64,000 nucleotides of DNA, taken from contig NC_086097.1 of assembly GCF_963921235.1 (NCBI RefSeq), positions 225,682,001 through 225,746,000 on the forward strand, in the 5' to 3' direction. This DNA is from Mobula hypostoma. Taxonomy: Eukaryota. The position numbers and the translations under genes were made by a program. Shown piece by piece: positions 26,240-38,415 of the stretch (positions are counted from its first letter, which is position 1; every line of letters begins with the position of its first letter). The notes under the pieces are model-generated. The model did not search any database. It had not been told where the DNA came from and was given only the letters and a program-made list of their open reading frames with translations.

Positions 26240-26345
26240 AAATAAAAACAGAAGGTCGTAGAAATACTCAGCAAGTTGGGCAGTATCTGTGAAAAGAGAA
26301 ATAGTTAATATTTTAGGTTATAGACTCTTCATCAGAACTGAGGAA
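26240..26345 (-). mobile_element. Old degenerate Penelope terminal fragment
   Basis: GAAATACTCAGCAAG..GGCAGTATCTG...CTTCATCAGAACTG follows the PLE end layout; - strand keeps CTGATGA but GAAA has decayed. Confidence 0.55.
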
Positions 26346-28245
26346 GAAAAAGTAACAAATTGGTTTTCAGTAGTAGAGAATTTGGGAAGAGCTGAGTGGA
26401 AGAAAGGAATACCTTTGATAGGGTGAGACTAAAAAGTTAATATAGTTGAAACAGATCATCATTTTTGTCTATGTAATAATGTTTTGGTAAAAGTAGGGTT
26501 TTTTGAACATACTTAGCAGGTCAGACTATGCTACTGAAGAGAGGGTTTGATGTTTTTTTTCACTGATTTTCAATTAATAACCTTTTAATACTTTTAACTA
26601 GCAATGGTGACTCTGGAGTGGGTAGTGTTTAGGGGGTGGAGAAATATGATAGGTAGTTTACCTTCCTGCTCCTTAATGTGTATTCAACTGTCCAAGTATT
26701 AAAGCCAATATTAGATATGGAAAAGTACTAGGAAATGTCTGAGAAATTATTCTGAATCTTTCTTCAAACATAGAATTCCTTATTCACATCGATACATCAA
26801 CAATTCTGAATTTCTCTCCCATGTTTCTACAGAGAGCAAAAGAAACATATAGGTGATATTTAACCTATCTGTCTACAGATTTTTGTGCAAGATTTTATGG
26901 TTTTCTTTCACACCTCCTACTCAAATTCAGTTATGACCAAGTTTAGTTTTCCTTGCCACTATTTTATATGCTCTTTGAACGTTCTCATCAGGTTTCTGCC
27001 AGCAAGATAAATGCACCTGAATCCAGCAGGAGCAGTCAGAATGTATATGAATAATTGGAAGGTCAACTTGCACAGACAACAGTTATCTAAGGACCTGAGC
27101 AAAATACGTTCAATTTTCACGATGATGACAACCCAAGGAAATCCAAAAGATTCTCCAGAACAAAATCCTTGTTAGTTAGCTTGTTAATTAAATTATTGGG
27201 TAAAAAGAATCTGCTGATTCAATATTATGATGTGGTGAACTTTATAACTTTTTACTATGTCAGAATTTTATTCAGCCAAAGTTGATAGTTTTCCAAGAAT
27301 AAGATTTTGCAGATAATATAATTGACAATCTTGATTTGAGGACACACCATGCATGAAACCTGTGCAATAGGCATTTGAAAGCCAGGGTAAAATAACTAGA
27401 ATTTTTAACTGAATAGACATGATTCCTAGCTGTTGCACATTCAGCAAACTAAAATGTACAACTTAACAGATAATAGATTTTTAAGGCATGTGATTGTCAC
27501 TGTCAGAGTGAATAATGAACTGTTGGTGGCAGATCTTGTCTGTTACACTTCTATTTCCTTAATATCAGTGGAAAGGAAATTTAGATGATGTACATAATGG
27601 GTAGGGACCATATTAAATGTGAAAATCAGTCTATGACATCTTTAAAATGTGATCAATGTGATCTAACAGTTAGAGCTCTGATAGTTTGTGATCTGTTGAT
27701 CCAAGATCTACTTTCATATATTTTGGTCTTGAGAGATATATTTTAGGAATGTCACAAACTGAGGTATATTTTCCCCACTTTAACTCTGTTTTACTGTAGT
27801 TGTACCTTGAAGAACAAACATCCAGGGTAAATATCCAGAGTGTTTTTGTACCTTTTTTAAAGCTTTACCCATTTCATCACAACCTAAAAATATAAAGCAA
27901 TGTGCCAACAAGTCTCATCATTACCACATGGTTTCCTTGAACCTGTGGTGCAGTGGATGCCAATCTACTTTATTTACTTCACTGGCCACTCTATTTATAC
28001 CATTCACAGCAACTATGAAGGCCAGATGCTAAAAGCCTTAAGTAAAGAGCTTTTAAACTGAGACGCTAGTGTTATTAATAAAAAGAGATTGCATTTTATC
28101 TGCACACCTGCATTTACTTCTAACCATTTATTAAGGTGATAGACACTTGACATACATTTCCACCTTAAATAAATACCATTCCTTCCAATCAAGAGCTTTT
28201 ACTTTGGTGTTTCTATGCCCATCAACAAGCAAAGACTGTGGGAAA

Positions 28246-29644
28246 TGTTATGTCATATTTCAGTAATACTGTAAATATATTATTAGATTAAGAATTCAAT
28301 TTTTGTTTATATTATTCATTATATATATACATAAAATGTGTGAAAGGCATACATCATAGACTGGTCTTTAGTTCGGCATTCAATACTGTGATCCCCTCCA
28401 AGCTGATCATCAAACTTCGCCAGCTTGGTATCAGCTCATCCCTCTGCAATTGGACCTTGGACTTTCTTACTACAGACCCCAATCAGTTAAGTTAGACAAC
28501 CTCTCCTCCTCCACACTCACCCTGAACACCGGTGTGCCTCAAGGCTGTGTGCTGAGCCCTCTTCTGTACTCCCTTTTCACCTATGAATGTGTTCCTGTAC
28601 ATGGTTCTAACTCCATAATCAAGTTCACAGATGACACCATGGTGGTTAGTCTGATCAGAGGGGATGATGAGACAGCCTACAGGGACAAGGTCCAGCACCT
28701 GGCCGCGTGGTGTGCTGACAATAACCTGGCCCTTAACACCCAGAAGACCAAGGAGATCATTGTGGACTTCAGGCATGCTAGGAGCCACACTCACGTCCCC
28801 ACCTACATCAACAGAGCTGTAGTGGAGCGTGTATCAAGCTTCAAATTCCATGGTGTCCACATTTCCGAGGATCTCACCTGATCCTTGAACTCCTCCATCC
28901 TGATCAAAAAGGCACAACAGCGCCTTTATTTCCTGCGGAGCATCAAGAAAGCTCACCTCTGTCCCAGGATACTAATGGACTTTTACTGCTGTGCTATTGA
29001 GAGCATACTCACCAACTGCATCTCAGTGTGGTATGGCAATTGTCCCGTTCTGGGCTGCAAAGCACTCCAGCTTCTGGTGAAAACTGCCCAGCGGATTATC
29101 GGCACCCAATTGCCCACCATTGAGAACATTTACCATAAACGCTGCCTGGGCAGGGCGAAAAGCATTATCAAGGATGCATCTCACCCTAACCATGGAGTTT
29201 TTACTCTCCTCCCATCCGGTAGGCGCTACAGGAGCCTCCGCTCCCGTACCAGCAGGTACAGGAAGAGCTTCTTCCCTGAGGCTGTGACCCTGTTGAACCT
29301 CACACCACAGCCCTAAGCAGTATTGCACGCATATTGTACTGTCTCAGTACTTTTATATTTGTGTGCTGTAGCACTTACTATTTATTTGCAGTTATTTTGT
29401 AAATAACGCTATTCTTTGCATTTCTGGTTATATACTAATTGCATTTCATTGGCTTTGTATCTGTACTCGGCACAATGACAATAAAGTTGAATGTAATCTA
29501 ATCTAATCTAATCAAGACATCATTATACCACCAGGTCATCTCTGCAGGTGCATTGCTAAGAGTAAAAGCAAAACTAAGGCATGCATTCCCGACTCCGTGG
29601 TTCCTTTCAATTAGTTTTATGTTTTGGGGTTACAAAACAGTACA
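28246..29644 (+). repeat. Gypsy 5' LTR, split by the Rex insertion at 28358-29516
   Basis: TG start, ...TACA end, followed by a PBS-like GTGGTGA at 29645; homologous to 39961-40371. Confidence 0.75.
28358..29516 (+). mobile_element. Rex1/Babar-type LINE, 5'-truncated
   Basis: NTGVPQGCVLSPLLYSLFT..KFTDD and KKAQQRLYFLR...LPSGRRYRSL; AATAAA + (AATCT)n tail; TSD ACATCAT at 28351-57 and 29517-23. Confidence 0.93.
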
Positions 29645-30106
29645 GTGGTGATGCTGAAGTTGTAAACAAACCCGAGTCAATTCTTTACCTTATGAAGTGC
29701 AGTGCAATGTTCAAGTTTAAAGCAGGGCACAGCGAGACACAAGAGATTAAAAAAAGCGGTGCAGCACGTGCTTCTTTGGGAAAGGACAGAAATGGCTGAG
29801 TTAAAAAAAGGTAGAAGACAGACTAAATTTCAGGTTCATAAACAGTGACTATCAAGTGATAATAATCATGAATTAAAAAAAAAATAAATACCTGGCAAAA
29901 TCAGAAATATAGACATGTTTGATTGCAGAAGAGATAACTGGATATTGTATACTGAGCTAATTGAGCTCTATTTTGAAGCAAATTAAATAGCCAATGTAAA
30001 GTGAGTGCTAGTTTTTCTAAACGCATTAGGTGAGAAAGCATACAGTTTACACATCAAAGTTGCTGGTGAACGCAGCAGGCCAGGCAGCATCTCTAGGAAG
30101 AGGTGC

Positions 30107-30142
30107 ATTCGACGTTTCAGGCCGAGATCCTTCATCAGGACT
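30107..30142 (-). ncRNA. Minimal type I hammerhead ribozyme motif in the left PLE arm
   Basis: - strand AGTC-CTGATGA-AGG(ATCTCGG)CCT-GAAA-CGTC-GAAT; core intact, one helix I mismatch. Confidence 0.75.
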
Positions 30143-30435
30143 AACTGAAGGAAGAGTGAGTAAGAGATTTGAAAGTGGGAGGGGGAGGGGGAGAACCAAA
30201 ATGATAGGAGAAGACAGGAGGGGGAAAGATGGAGCCAAGAGCTGGACAGGTGATTGGCAAAAGGGATACGAGAGGATCATGGGACAGGAGGCCCGGGAAG
30301 AAAGACGGGGGGGGGGAACCCAGAGGATGGGCAAGGGGTATATTCAGAGGGACAGAAGGAGAAAAAGGAGAGAGAGAGAAAGAATATGTGTATATTAAAA
30401 AAAGTAACAGATGGAGTACGAGGGGCAGGTGGGCA

Positions 30436-32686
30436 TTAGCGGAAGTTAGAGAAGTCAATGTTCATTCCATGAGGTTGGAGGCTACCCAGACGGAATATAA
30501 GGTGTTGTTCCTCCAGCCTGAGTGTGGCTTCATCTTTACAGTAGAGAAGGCCGTGGATAGACATGTCAGAATGGGAATGGGATGTGGAATTAAAATGCGT
30601 GGCCACTGGGAGATCCTGCTTTCTCTGGCGGACAGAGCATAGGTGTTCAGCAAAGCGTCTCCCAGTCTGCCTCGGATCTCGCCAATATATAAAAGGCCAC
30701 ATCGGGAGCACCAGACGCAGTATATCACCCCAGCCGGCTCACAGGTGAAGTGTCGCCTCACCTGGAAGGACTGTTTGGGGCCCTGAATGGTGGTAAGGGA
30801 GGAAGTGTAAGGGCATGTGTAGCACTTGTTCCGCTTACACAGATAAGTGCCAGGAGGGAGATCAGTGGGGAGAGATGGGGGGGACAAATGGACAAGGGAG
30901 TCGCGTAGGGAGCGATCCCTGCGGAAAGCAGCGGGGAGGAGGGAAAGATGTGCTTAGTGGTGGGATCCCGTTGGAGGTGGCGGAAGTTGCAGAGAATAAT
31001 ATGTTGGACCCGGAGGCTGGTGAGATGGTAGGTGAGGACCAGGGGAACCCTATTCCTAGTGGGGTGGCGGGAGGATGGAGTGAGAGCAGATGTACGTGAA
31101 ATGGGGAGATGCGTTTAAGAGCAGGGTTGATAGTGGAGGAAGGGAAGCCCCTTTCTTTAAAAAAGGAGGACATCTCCCTCGTCCTAGAATGAAAAGCCTC
31201 ATCCTGAGAGCAGATGCGGCGGAGACGGAGGAATTGCGAGAAGAGGATGGCGTATTTGCAAGAGACAGGGTGAGAAGAGGAATAGTCCAGATAGCTGTGA
31301 GAGTCAGTAGGCTTATAGTAGACATCAGTGGATAAGTTGTCTCCAGAGACAGAGACAGAAAGATCTAGAAAGGGGAGGGAGGTGTCGGAAGTGGACCAGG
31401 TAAACTTGAGGGCAGGGTGAAAGTTGGAGGCAAAGTTAATAAAGTCAACGAGCTCTGCATGCATGCAGGAAGCAGCGCCAATGCAGTCGTCGACGTAGCG
31501 AAGGAAAAGTGGGGGACAGATACCAGAATAGGCACGGAACATAGATTTTTCCACAAAGCCAACAAAAAGGCAGGCATAGCTAGGACCCATACGGGTGTCC
31601 ATAGCTACACCTTTAGTTTGGAGGAAGTGGAAGGAGCCAAAGGAGAAATTATTAAGAGTAAGGACTAATTCCGCTAGACGGAGCAGAGTGGTGGTAGAGG
31701 GGAACTGATTAGGTTTGGAATTCAAAAAGAAGGGTAGAGCTTTGAGACCTTCCTGATGGGGGACGGAAGTATTAGGGACTGGACATCCATGGTGAAAATA
31801 AAGTGATGGGGGCCAGGGAACTTAAAATCATCGAAAAGTTTAAGAGCGTGAGAAGTGTCACGAACATAGGTCAGAAGGGATTGAAAAAGGGGCGATAAAA
31901 CCGTGTTGAGGTATGCAGAAACGAGTTCAGTGGGGCAGGAGCAAGCTGAGACAATAGGTCGGCCAGGACAGGCAGGTTTGTGGATATTGAGTAGGAGGTA
32001 GGAACGGGAAGTGTGGGAACTATAAGGTTGGTAGCAGTGGGTGGGAGATCCCCTGAGCGGATAAAGTCGGTGATGGTGTGGGAGACAATGGCCTGGTGGT
32101 CCTTAGTGGGGTCACGATCGAGGGGTAAATAAGAGGAGGTATCCGCGAGTAGTCGCTGTGCCTCGGCAAGGTAGTGGTCAGTACGCCAGACTACAACAGC
32201 ACCCCCTTTATCGGTGGGTTTAATAATAAGGTTAGGATTAGTGCGGAGGGAGTGGAGAGCAGAGCGTTCCGAAGGAGTGAGGTTGGAATGGGGACAAGGT
32301 GCGGTGAAGTCAAGACGGTTGATCTCCCGTCGGCAGTTAGCGATGAAGAGATCCAGAGCAGGCAGAAGACCAGAGCGGGGTGTCCATGAAGAAGAGGAGG
32401 GTTAAAGATGGGAGAAGGGGTCATCGGTGGGGGTGGAAGAGTCCTTTGCGAAGAAGTAGGCTCGGAGACGGAGAACGGCAGAAGAAAAGTTCTGCATCAT
32501 GGCGAATGCGGAACTCGTTGTGATGTGGGCAAAGGGGGACAAAGGTGAGGCCTTTACTGAGAACAGAGCGTTCTGCCTCCGACAGTTGAATGTCGGAAGG
32601 GATGGTAAAGACCCGGCACGGTTGACAGCTGGGATCAGAGTGGGAAGGGGGGAGGCTGGGGGTGTCAATGGAGAGGGGAGGGTTGG
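30436..32686 (-). pseudogene. PLE RT/GIY-YIG polyprotein, frameshifted (left arm)
   Basis: ORF pieces 32421..32915 (part), 30862..31725, 30462..30887 and 30436..30711 carry the N-terminal, RT, Cys-rich linker and GIY-YIG motifs. Confidence 0.9.
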
Positions 32687-32721
32687 CCTTTTTTATGCCT
32701 GCCTTTTTGTTGGCTTTGTGT

Positions 32722-33893
32722 GTGTAGCTATGGGCACCCGTATGGGTCCTAGCTATGCCTGCCTTTTTGTTGGCTTTGTGGAACGATCCATGTTCCGTGC
32801 CTATTCTGGTATCTGTCCCCCACTTTTCCTTCGCTACATCGACGACTGCATTGGCGTTGGTTCCTGCACGCATGCAGAACTCGTTGACTTTATTAACTTT
32901 GCCTCCAACTTTCACCCTGCCCTCAAGTTTACCTGGTCCACTTCCGACACCTCCCTCCCCTTTCTAGATCTTTCTGTCTCTGTCTCTGGAGACAGCTTAT
33001 CCACTGATGTCTACTATAAACTCTCACAGCTATCTGGACTATTCCTCTTCTCACCCTGTCTCTTGCAAAAATGCCATCCCTTTCTCGTAATTCCTCCGTC
33101 TCTGCCGCATCTGCTCTCAGGATGAGGCTTTTCATTCTAGGACGAGGGAGATGTCCTCCTTTTTTAAAGAAAGGGGCTTCCCTTCCTCCACTATCAACTC
33201 TGCTCTTAAACGCATCTTCCCCATTTCACATACATCTGCTCTCACTCCATCCTCCTGCCACCCCACTAGGAATAGGGTTCCCTTGGCCCTCACCTACCAT
33301 CCCACCAGCCGCCGGGTCCAACATATTATTCTCCGCAACTTCCGCCACCTCCAACGGGATCCCACCACTAAGCACATCTTTCCCTCCCACCCCCCCCCCG
33401 CTTTCTGCAGGGATCGCTCCCTACACAACTCCCTTGTCCATTCGTCCCCCCATCACTCCCCACTGATCTCCCTCCTGGCTCTTATCCGTGTAAGCGGAAC
33501 AAGTGCTACATGTGCCCTTACACTTCCTCCCTTACCACCATTCAGGGCCCCAAACAGTCCTTCCAGGTAAGGCGACACTTTACCTGTGAGTCGGCTGGGG
33601 TGATATACTGTATCCGGTGCTCCCGATGTGGCCTTTTATATATTGGCGAGACCCGACGCAGACTGGGAGACCACTTTGCTGAACACCTACGCTCTGTCCG
33701 CCAGAGAAAGCAGGATCTCCCAGTGGCCACACATTTTAATTCCGCATCCCATTCCCATTCTGACATGTCTATCCACGGCCTCCTCTACTGTAAAGATGAA
33801 GCCACACTCAGGTTGGAGGAACAACACCTTATATTCCGTCTGGGTAGCCTCCAACCTGATGGCATGAACATTGACTTCTCTAACTTCCGCTAA
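32722..33893 (+). pseudogene. PLE RT C-half + GIY-YIG, frameshifted (right arm)
   Basis: VAMGTRMGPSYACLFVG..FLRYIDD..LPFLD; ORF 33510..33893 reads GVIYCIRCSRCGLLYIGETRRRLGDHFAEH...LRLEEQHLIFRLGSLQPDGMN. Confidence 0.9.
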
Positions 33894-34190
33894 TGCCCAT
33901 CTGCCCCTCGTACCCCATCTGTTACTTTTTTTTATATACACACATTCTTTCTCTCTCTCTCTTTTTTCTCCCTCTGTCCCTCTGAATATACCCCTTGCCC
34001 ATCCTCTGGGTTCCCCCCCCCCCCTTGTCCTTCTTCCCGGACCTCCTGTCCCATGATCCTCTCGTATCCCTTTTGCCAATCACCTGTCCAGCTCTTGGCT
34101 CCATCCCTCCCCCTCCTGCCTTCTCCTATCATTTTGGATCTCCCCCTCCCCCTCCAACTTTCAAATCTCTTACTCACTCTTCCTTCAGTT

Positions 34191-34226
34191 AGTCCTGACG
34201 AAGGGGCTCGGCCTGAAACGTCGACT
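34191..34226 (+). ncRNA. Minimal type I hammerhead ribozyme motif in the right PLE arm
   Basis: Helix I AGTC/GACT, core CTGACGA, helix II AGG/CCT, GAAA, palindromic ACGT helix III, GTC cleavage triplet (predicted cut after 34222). Confidence 0.85.
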
Positions 34227-36003
34227 GCACCTCTTCCTAGAGATGCTGCCTGGCCTGCTGCGTTCACCAGCAACTTTGATGTGTGTTGCTTGAATTTCCA
34301 GCATCTGCAGAATTCCTGTTGTTTGCAGTTTACTTAAGGTTGGTTTCTCCAACCAAACCAATCAAAATGAGCCTTGATGATATAATGAAAGTAATGCAGG
34401 AACATTTAGAAACCTATAGCAGAATGCTTTAGGTTTCATAAGTGGAAGCCAAAAGAACTGGAGTCTATTTTAACATACATGGCTGAATTAAATAAATTGC
34501 CCGAGCATTGTCAGTTCAATAATGGGCTTAATGATGCACTGAGAGATCATTTAGTTTTTTAAAGCATTCAAAATTAACTTATTTCTGAAGCACAACTCAT
34601 TTAAAAGAGCAGCTGAAATCACTGTCAGTGGAAACAGCAGACAGGGAAGCAGCTGAGTGGCAGCCAGGAGTGAAAGAGACTGTGAACAAAATTGCAATGT
34701 CCAAACAGAAACCGGCCTGGCCAAACAAATTGCATCTGGCAGGGTCTCTCATTCACCAGGCCATTGCAGATTCAAAGGTGAAACTTGCAGAAAGTGCAAC
34801 AAAGTACAACACATACAAAGAGCATGTTCGGCAGACAAAACTAAATGGACTCCACCACGAAGAAAAAAAGTCAAAAACTTCAGTTGCAGTTTAAAAAAAG
34901 CACTAATCTGCATGCTGTTGATTAAAAATCTGATAATTATGAGGGTGACATAGGACTGAGTAACTTTGAGATTTATGTGAAAAGTAACAAAAGACAAACA
35001 CTATGGCTTACACCAGAAGTGAACAGCAAATTAAAGTGGAATTGCACACTGGATCAGTTGTTTCAGTCTTTCCACAAAATCAGTTTGACTACAGCTCGAT
35101 TACATCCACCATTTGCATGCCAAACCTGCCACATCCCCTGCAAAAGTCAGCTGCAAATTAACAGAAGAACTTTACAATGCCACAGTAGTATTCAAGGATG
35201 GCATTGGAAAATTCAAACATATCAAGGGTAAAATAGTGTTAAATGAAAATGCCACAGCCAAGTTTGGTTTAGCATCTGCACCTGCACTCTGGCAGAAAGC
35301 TATGGGCCTGGGGTTATGGGCAATAACAAGGAACATCTCCAAAATATTAAAGCATTTTCAAAAAGACTGGATGATTATGGGCTCAGAGAATGGCACAACA
35401 ACCGTGAGTTCATTAAACCAAGCATCGCTTACTCTGGTCATACCATTGACGCACAAAGATTACATAGTGTGCTGTGAAAATTCAAGGAGTGGTGGATGCC
35501 CCAAGGCCAAAGGACATGTTGCAGATGCAGTCTTTTAGGATTTGTTGATTTTTATAACAGGTTCCTGAAAAACCTGGCTACTATTCTTTCCCCCACCCCC
35601 ACCCCCAAAATCATTACTGCAGATCGGGAAGTCATAGCAATGGACAAAGCAGTGCAAGGTGACTTTCGAAAAAGTAAAAGAAATGGTGATGTCAAACACT
35701 ACACTCACACAGTATGATCCACATTGTCCAGTGAAGTTTTCCCGAGATGCCTTGGCTTATGGTGCAGTCATGTCACATTTTATGAATGATGGAAATGAAC
35801 ATTCTGTAGCCTTACCATCATGTTCTCTTACTGCTGCAGAGAAAACTCATGCATGGGTTGACAGAGAAGTCTTGAGTCTGGTTTGGGATGTAAAACTTTT
35901 CAAGCAGTACTTGTATGGGAGGGAGTTTACATTCGTTACTAGCCATCAACCAGTAAGGTCCATTTCTAATCCACTGAAAAGTGTTACACTGATAGCAGCA
36001 GCA

Positions 36004-36415
36004 CATAAGAAATAAGAGCAAGATAGGTCATCTGGCCCAACGAGCCTGCTCCACCATTCAATAGGATCATGGCTCATCAGGCCATGGACTCATCTCCATC
36101 TACCTGCCTTTCCCCGTAACCCTTAATTCCCACACTATGCAAAAATCTGTCCAACCTTGTCTTAAATATATTTACTGAGAAGCCCTCCACTGCTTCATTG
36201 GGCAGAGAATTCTACAGGTTCACCACTCACTCTCTGGGAAAAACCAGTTCCCCCTCATCTCCATCCTAAATCTACTCCCCTCTATCTTGAGACTATGTCC
36301 CCTAGTTCTCGTCTCACCTTTCCAGCCTCTATATTATGCATCCCTTTCATAATTTTATATGTTTCTATAAGATTTCCTCTCATTCTTCTAAATTCCAGTG
36401 AGTACAATCTCAGGA
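36004..36415 (-). mobile_element. CR1 3' end inserted in Gypsy pol
   Basis: Reverse complement of the CR1 C-terminus and 3' UTR (YSLEFRRMRGNLIETYKI); interrupts an AAA|..W.. Gypsy motif. Confidence 0.85.
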
Positions 36416-37186
36416 GGCACAGATGCATTGACGGGCTGTGTCTCTTGAAGGACAAAATTGCAAGATCGAATGCAGGAGGATGACTAATATTGGGAATGGA
36501 GATGGGTTATCTTGTTTACCCTTGGAAAAGGAAATACCTGAAAAATTTACAAAAGTGGACACTTCACTTGATGTATTTTCCATAATGCAAATTGAAAGTC
36601 TCCTTATTTTGGCGGAGATGATCCAAAAAGAAACCAGGAAAGACCTCACACTTTCTTAGGTCAATGGCAAATCAATGGCTGGAAGGTGCAGCAGAAACTC
36701 CAGTCCCCCATTTTTACCAGTGCTGGGATGAACTTGCCCTTGACGGATATTGCCTTACGTTGGGATCAAGAGTTGCTGTACCATTAAAGCTGAGAGTTGA
36801 AGTGTTGGGGGAGCTACATGCCAGTCCTCTGGGCATGGTCAAAATGAAAGCATTGGCTTGAAGCCCTGTCTGGTGGCCTGGGACAGACCATCAGATTGAG
36901 CAACTTGCCATGCACAGTTTGGGATTCCATCCTTGGGAATAGCCTGCAATGCCCTGGCAGAAGATTCATATTGATTTTGCTGGAACATTCACGAGCATAA
37001 ATTTCTTGGTAGTAGTGGATGTAGCTACAAAGTGTTCCCAATAGCCTCCACTACATCCTCGCACTACGCTGATGTGTTTAGAAGCCTCTTCTTGAGGACT
37101 GGTGTTCCAGAACACTTAGTCAATGGACCACAGTTTGTTGTGGAAGAGCTTCAGTCATTCCTGAAAATGAATAGAATAACACGTAT

Positions 37187-38227
37187 ATGAGAAAATCTGC
37201 AGATGCTGGAAATCCAAGCAACACAGGCAAAATGCTGGAGGAATCAGCAGGCTAGGTAGCATCTACGGAAAATATTAAATAGACAATATTTTGGGGCGAG
37301 ACCCTTCATCAGGGCTGGAAAAAAGGATGATAAGTTAAGAGCAAGAAGGTGGAGGAAGGGTGGAAAAAGTACAAGGTGGTAGGTGATAGGTGAAACTGAG
37401 ACGGGGGAGGGGTGAAGTAAAGAGCTGGGAAGTTGATTGGTGAAAGAGATAAAGGGCTGGAGAAAGGGGAATCTGATAGAAGAGGGTAGAAGTCCATGGA
37501 GGAAAGGGAAGGGTGAGGAACACCGGGTGGGGGGGGGTGGTGAGGAAGGTAAGAAGATAAGGTGAGAGAGGGAAACGGAATGGGGAATGGTGAAGCGGGG
37601 GCTGGGGCACTACTGGAAGGTCAAGAAATCAATTTTCATGCCAACAGGTTGAAGGATACCCCGACGGAATACAAGATGTTGCTCCTCCAACCTGAGTATG
37701 GCCTTATCGTAGCAGTAAAGGAAGCTATCAACTGACATGATGGAATGGGAATGAAAACTAGAATTGAAATGGGTGGCCACCAGGAGATCCCACTTTTTCT
37801 GGTGGATGGAGCACAGGTGCCCGGCGAGGCAGTCTCCCAATCTATGTCGGGTCCTAGCAATATATGGGGGGGTGGCACCGGAGACAGTAGATGACCCCAA
37901 CGGACTCACAGGTGAAGTGTCGCCTCACCTGGAGGGACTGTTGGGACCCTGAAAGGTAATGAAGGAGGAGGTGTAGCAGCTGGCGTGGCACTTGTTCTGT
38001 TTGCAAGGATAAGTACCAGGAGGGAGATCAGTGGAGAGGGATGAATGGACAAGGGAATCGCATAAGGAGCGATTCCTGCAGAAAACAGAGTGTGGGGAGC
38101 TGGGGAGGGAAAGATGTGCATGGTGGCGGGATCCCTTTGGAAATGGAGGAGGCTACGGAGAATTACGTTCTGGATGCGAAGGATAGTGGGGTGATAAGTA
38201 TGGACAAGAGAAGGAGGAAAGAGGAAG
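37187..38227 (-). mobile_element. Older Penelope-like fragment (GIY-YIG + 3' terminus) inserted in Gypsy integrase
   Basis: ORF 37610..37909 reads YIARTRHRLGD...VATHFNS...LRLEEQHLVFR; degenerate HHR terminus at ~37280-37316; candidate TSD ACGTAT at 37181-86 and 38228-33. Confidence 0.88.
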
Positions 38228-38415
38228 ACGTATTACATCTGCACCATACCACCCAGATATAAATGGCTTGGTGGAAAGTTTTGTTCAGAGTCTGAAGAAT
38301 GCACTGCCAACAATGTCAGCAGAACAAACCACACTGACGCTGAATCAGAAGAGTGCCAATTTCCTCCTTGCATATCACACTGCAGCGCACTCTACAACCA
38401 ACAATCAGCAGCTAT

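Larger units (their letters stand above)
30051..34325. mobile_element. Penelope-like element (Neptune-type; RT + GIY-YIG endonuclease) in inverted-repeat configuration
   Basis: Left arm on - (30051-~32686): LSEAERSVLSKGLTFVP, KGVAM.TRMGPSYACLFVG, FLRYVDD, LPFLD, CKRNKCYTC, GVIYC..CSRCGLLYIGE. Right arm on + (~32722-34325) repeats the RT C-half, GIY-YIG and the terminus. 8-bp TSD CAGTTTAC at 30043-50 and 34326-33. Confidence 0.95.
29895..34900 (+). pseudogene. Gypsy gag pseudogene, interrupted by the PLE at 30051-34325
   Basis: IDMFDCRRDNWILYTELIELYFEAN...ALGEKAYSL | LK..SPTKP...ECFRFHK...LPEHCQFNNGLNDALRD; knuckle HCRFKGETCRKCNKVQHIQRAC. Confidence 0.8.

Noticed and set aside
30030..30398. 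Recurrent peptides 'LLVNAAGQAASLGRG..DVSGRDPSSG' and 'SPDEGSRPETST..DAAWPAAF' as a small-protein family
   Set aside because: They are translations of the non-coding PLE terminus/HHR in both orientations.
32499..33125. 208-aa ORF as a novel protein
   Set aside because: Chimera of antisense PLE sequence and sense RT across the inversion junction.
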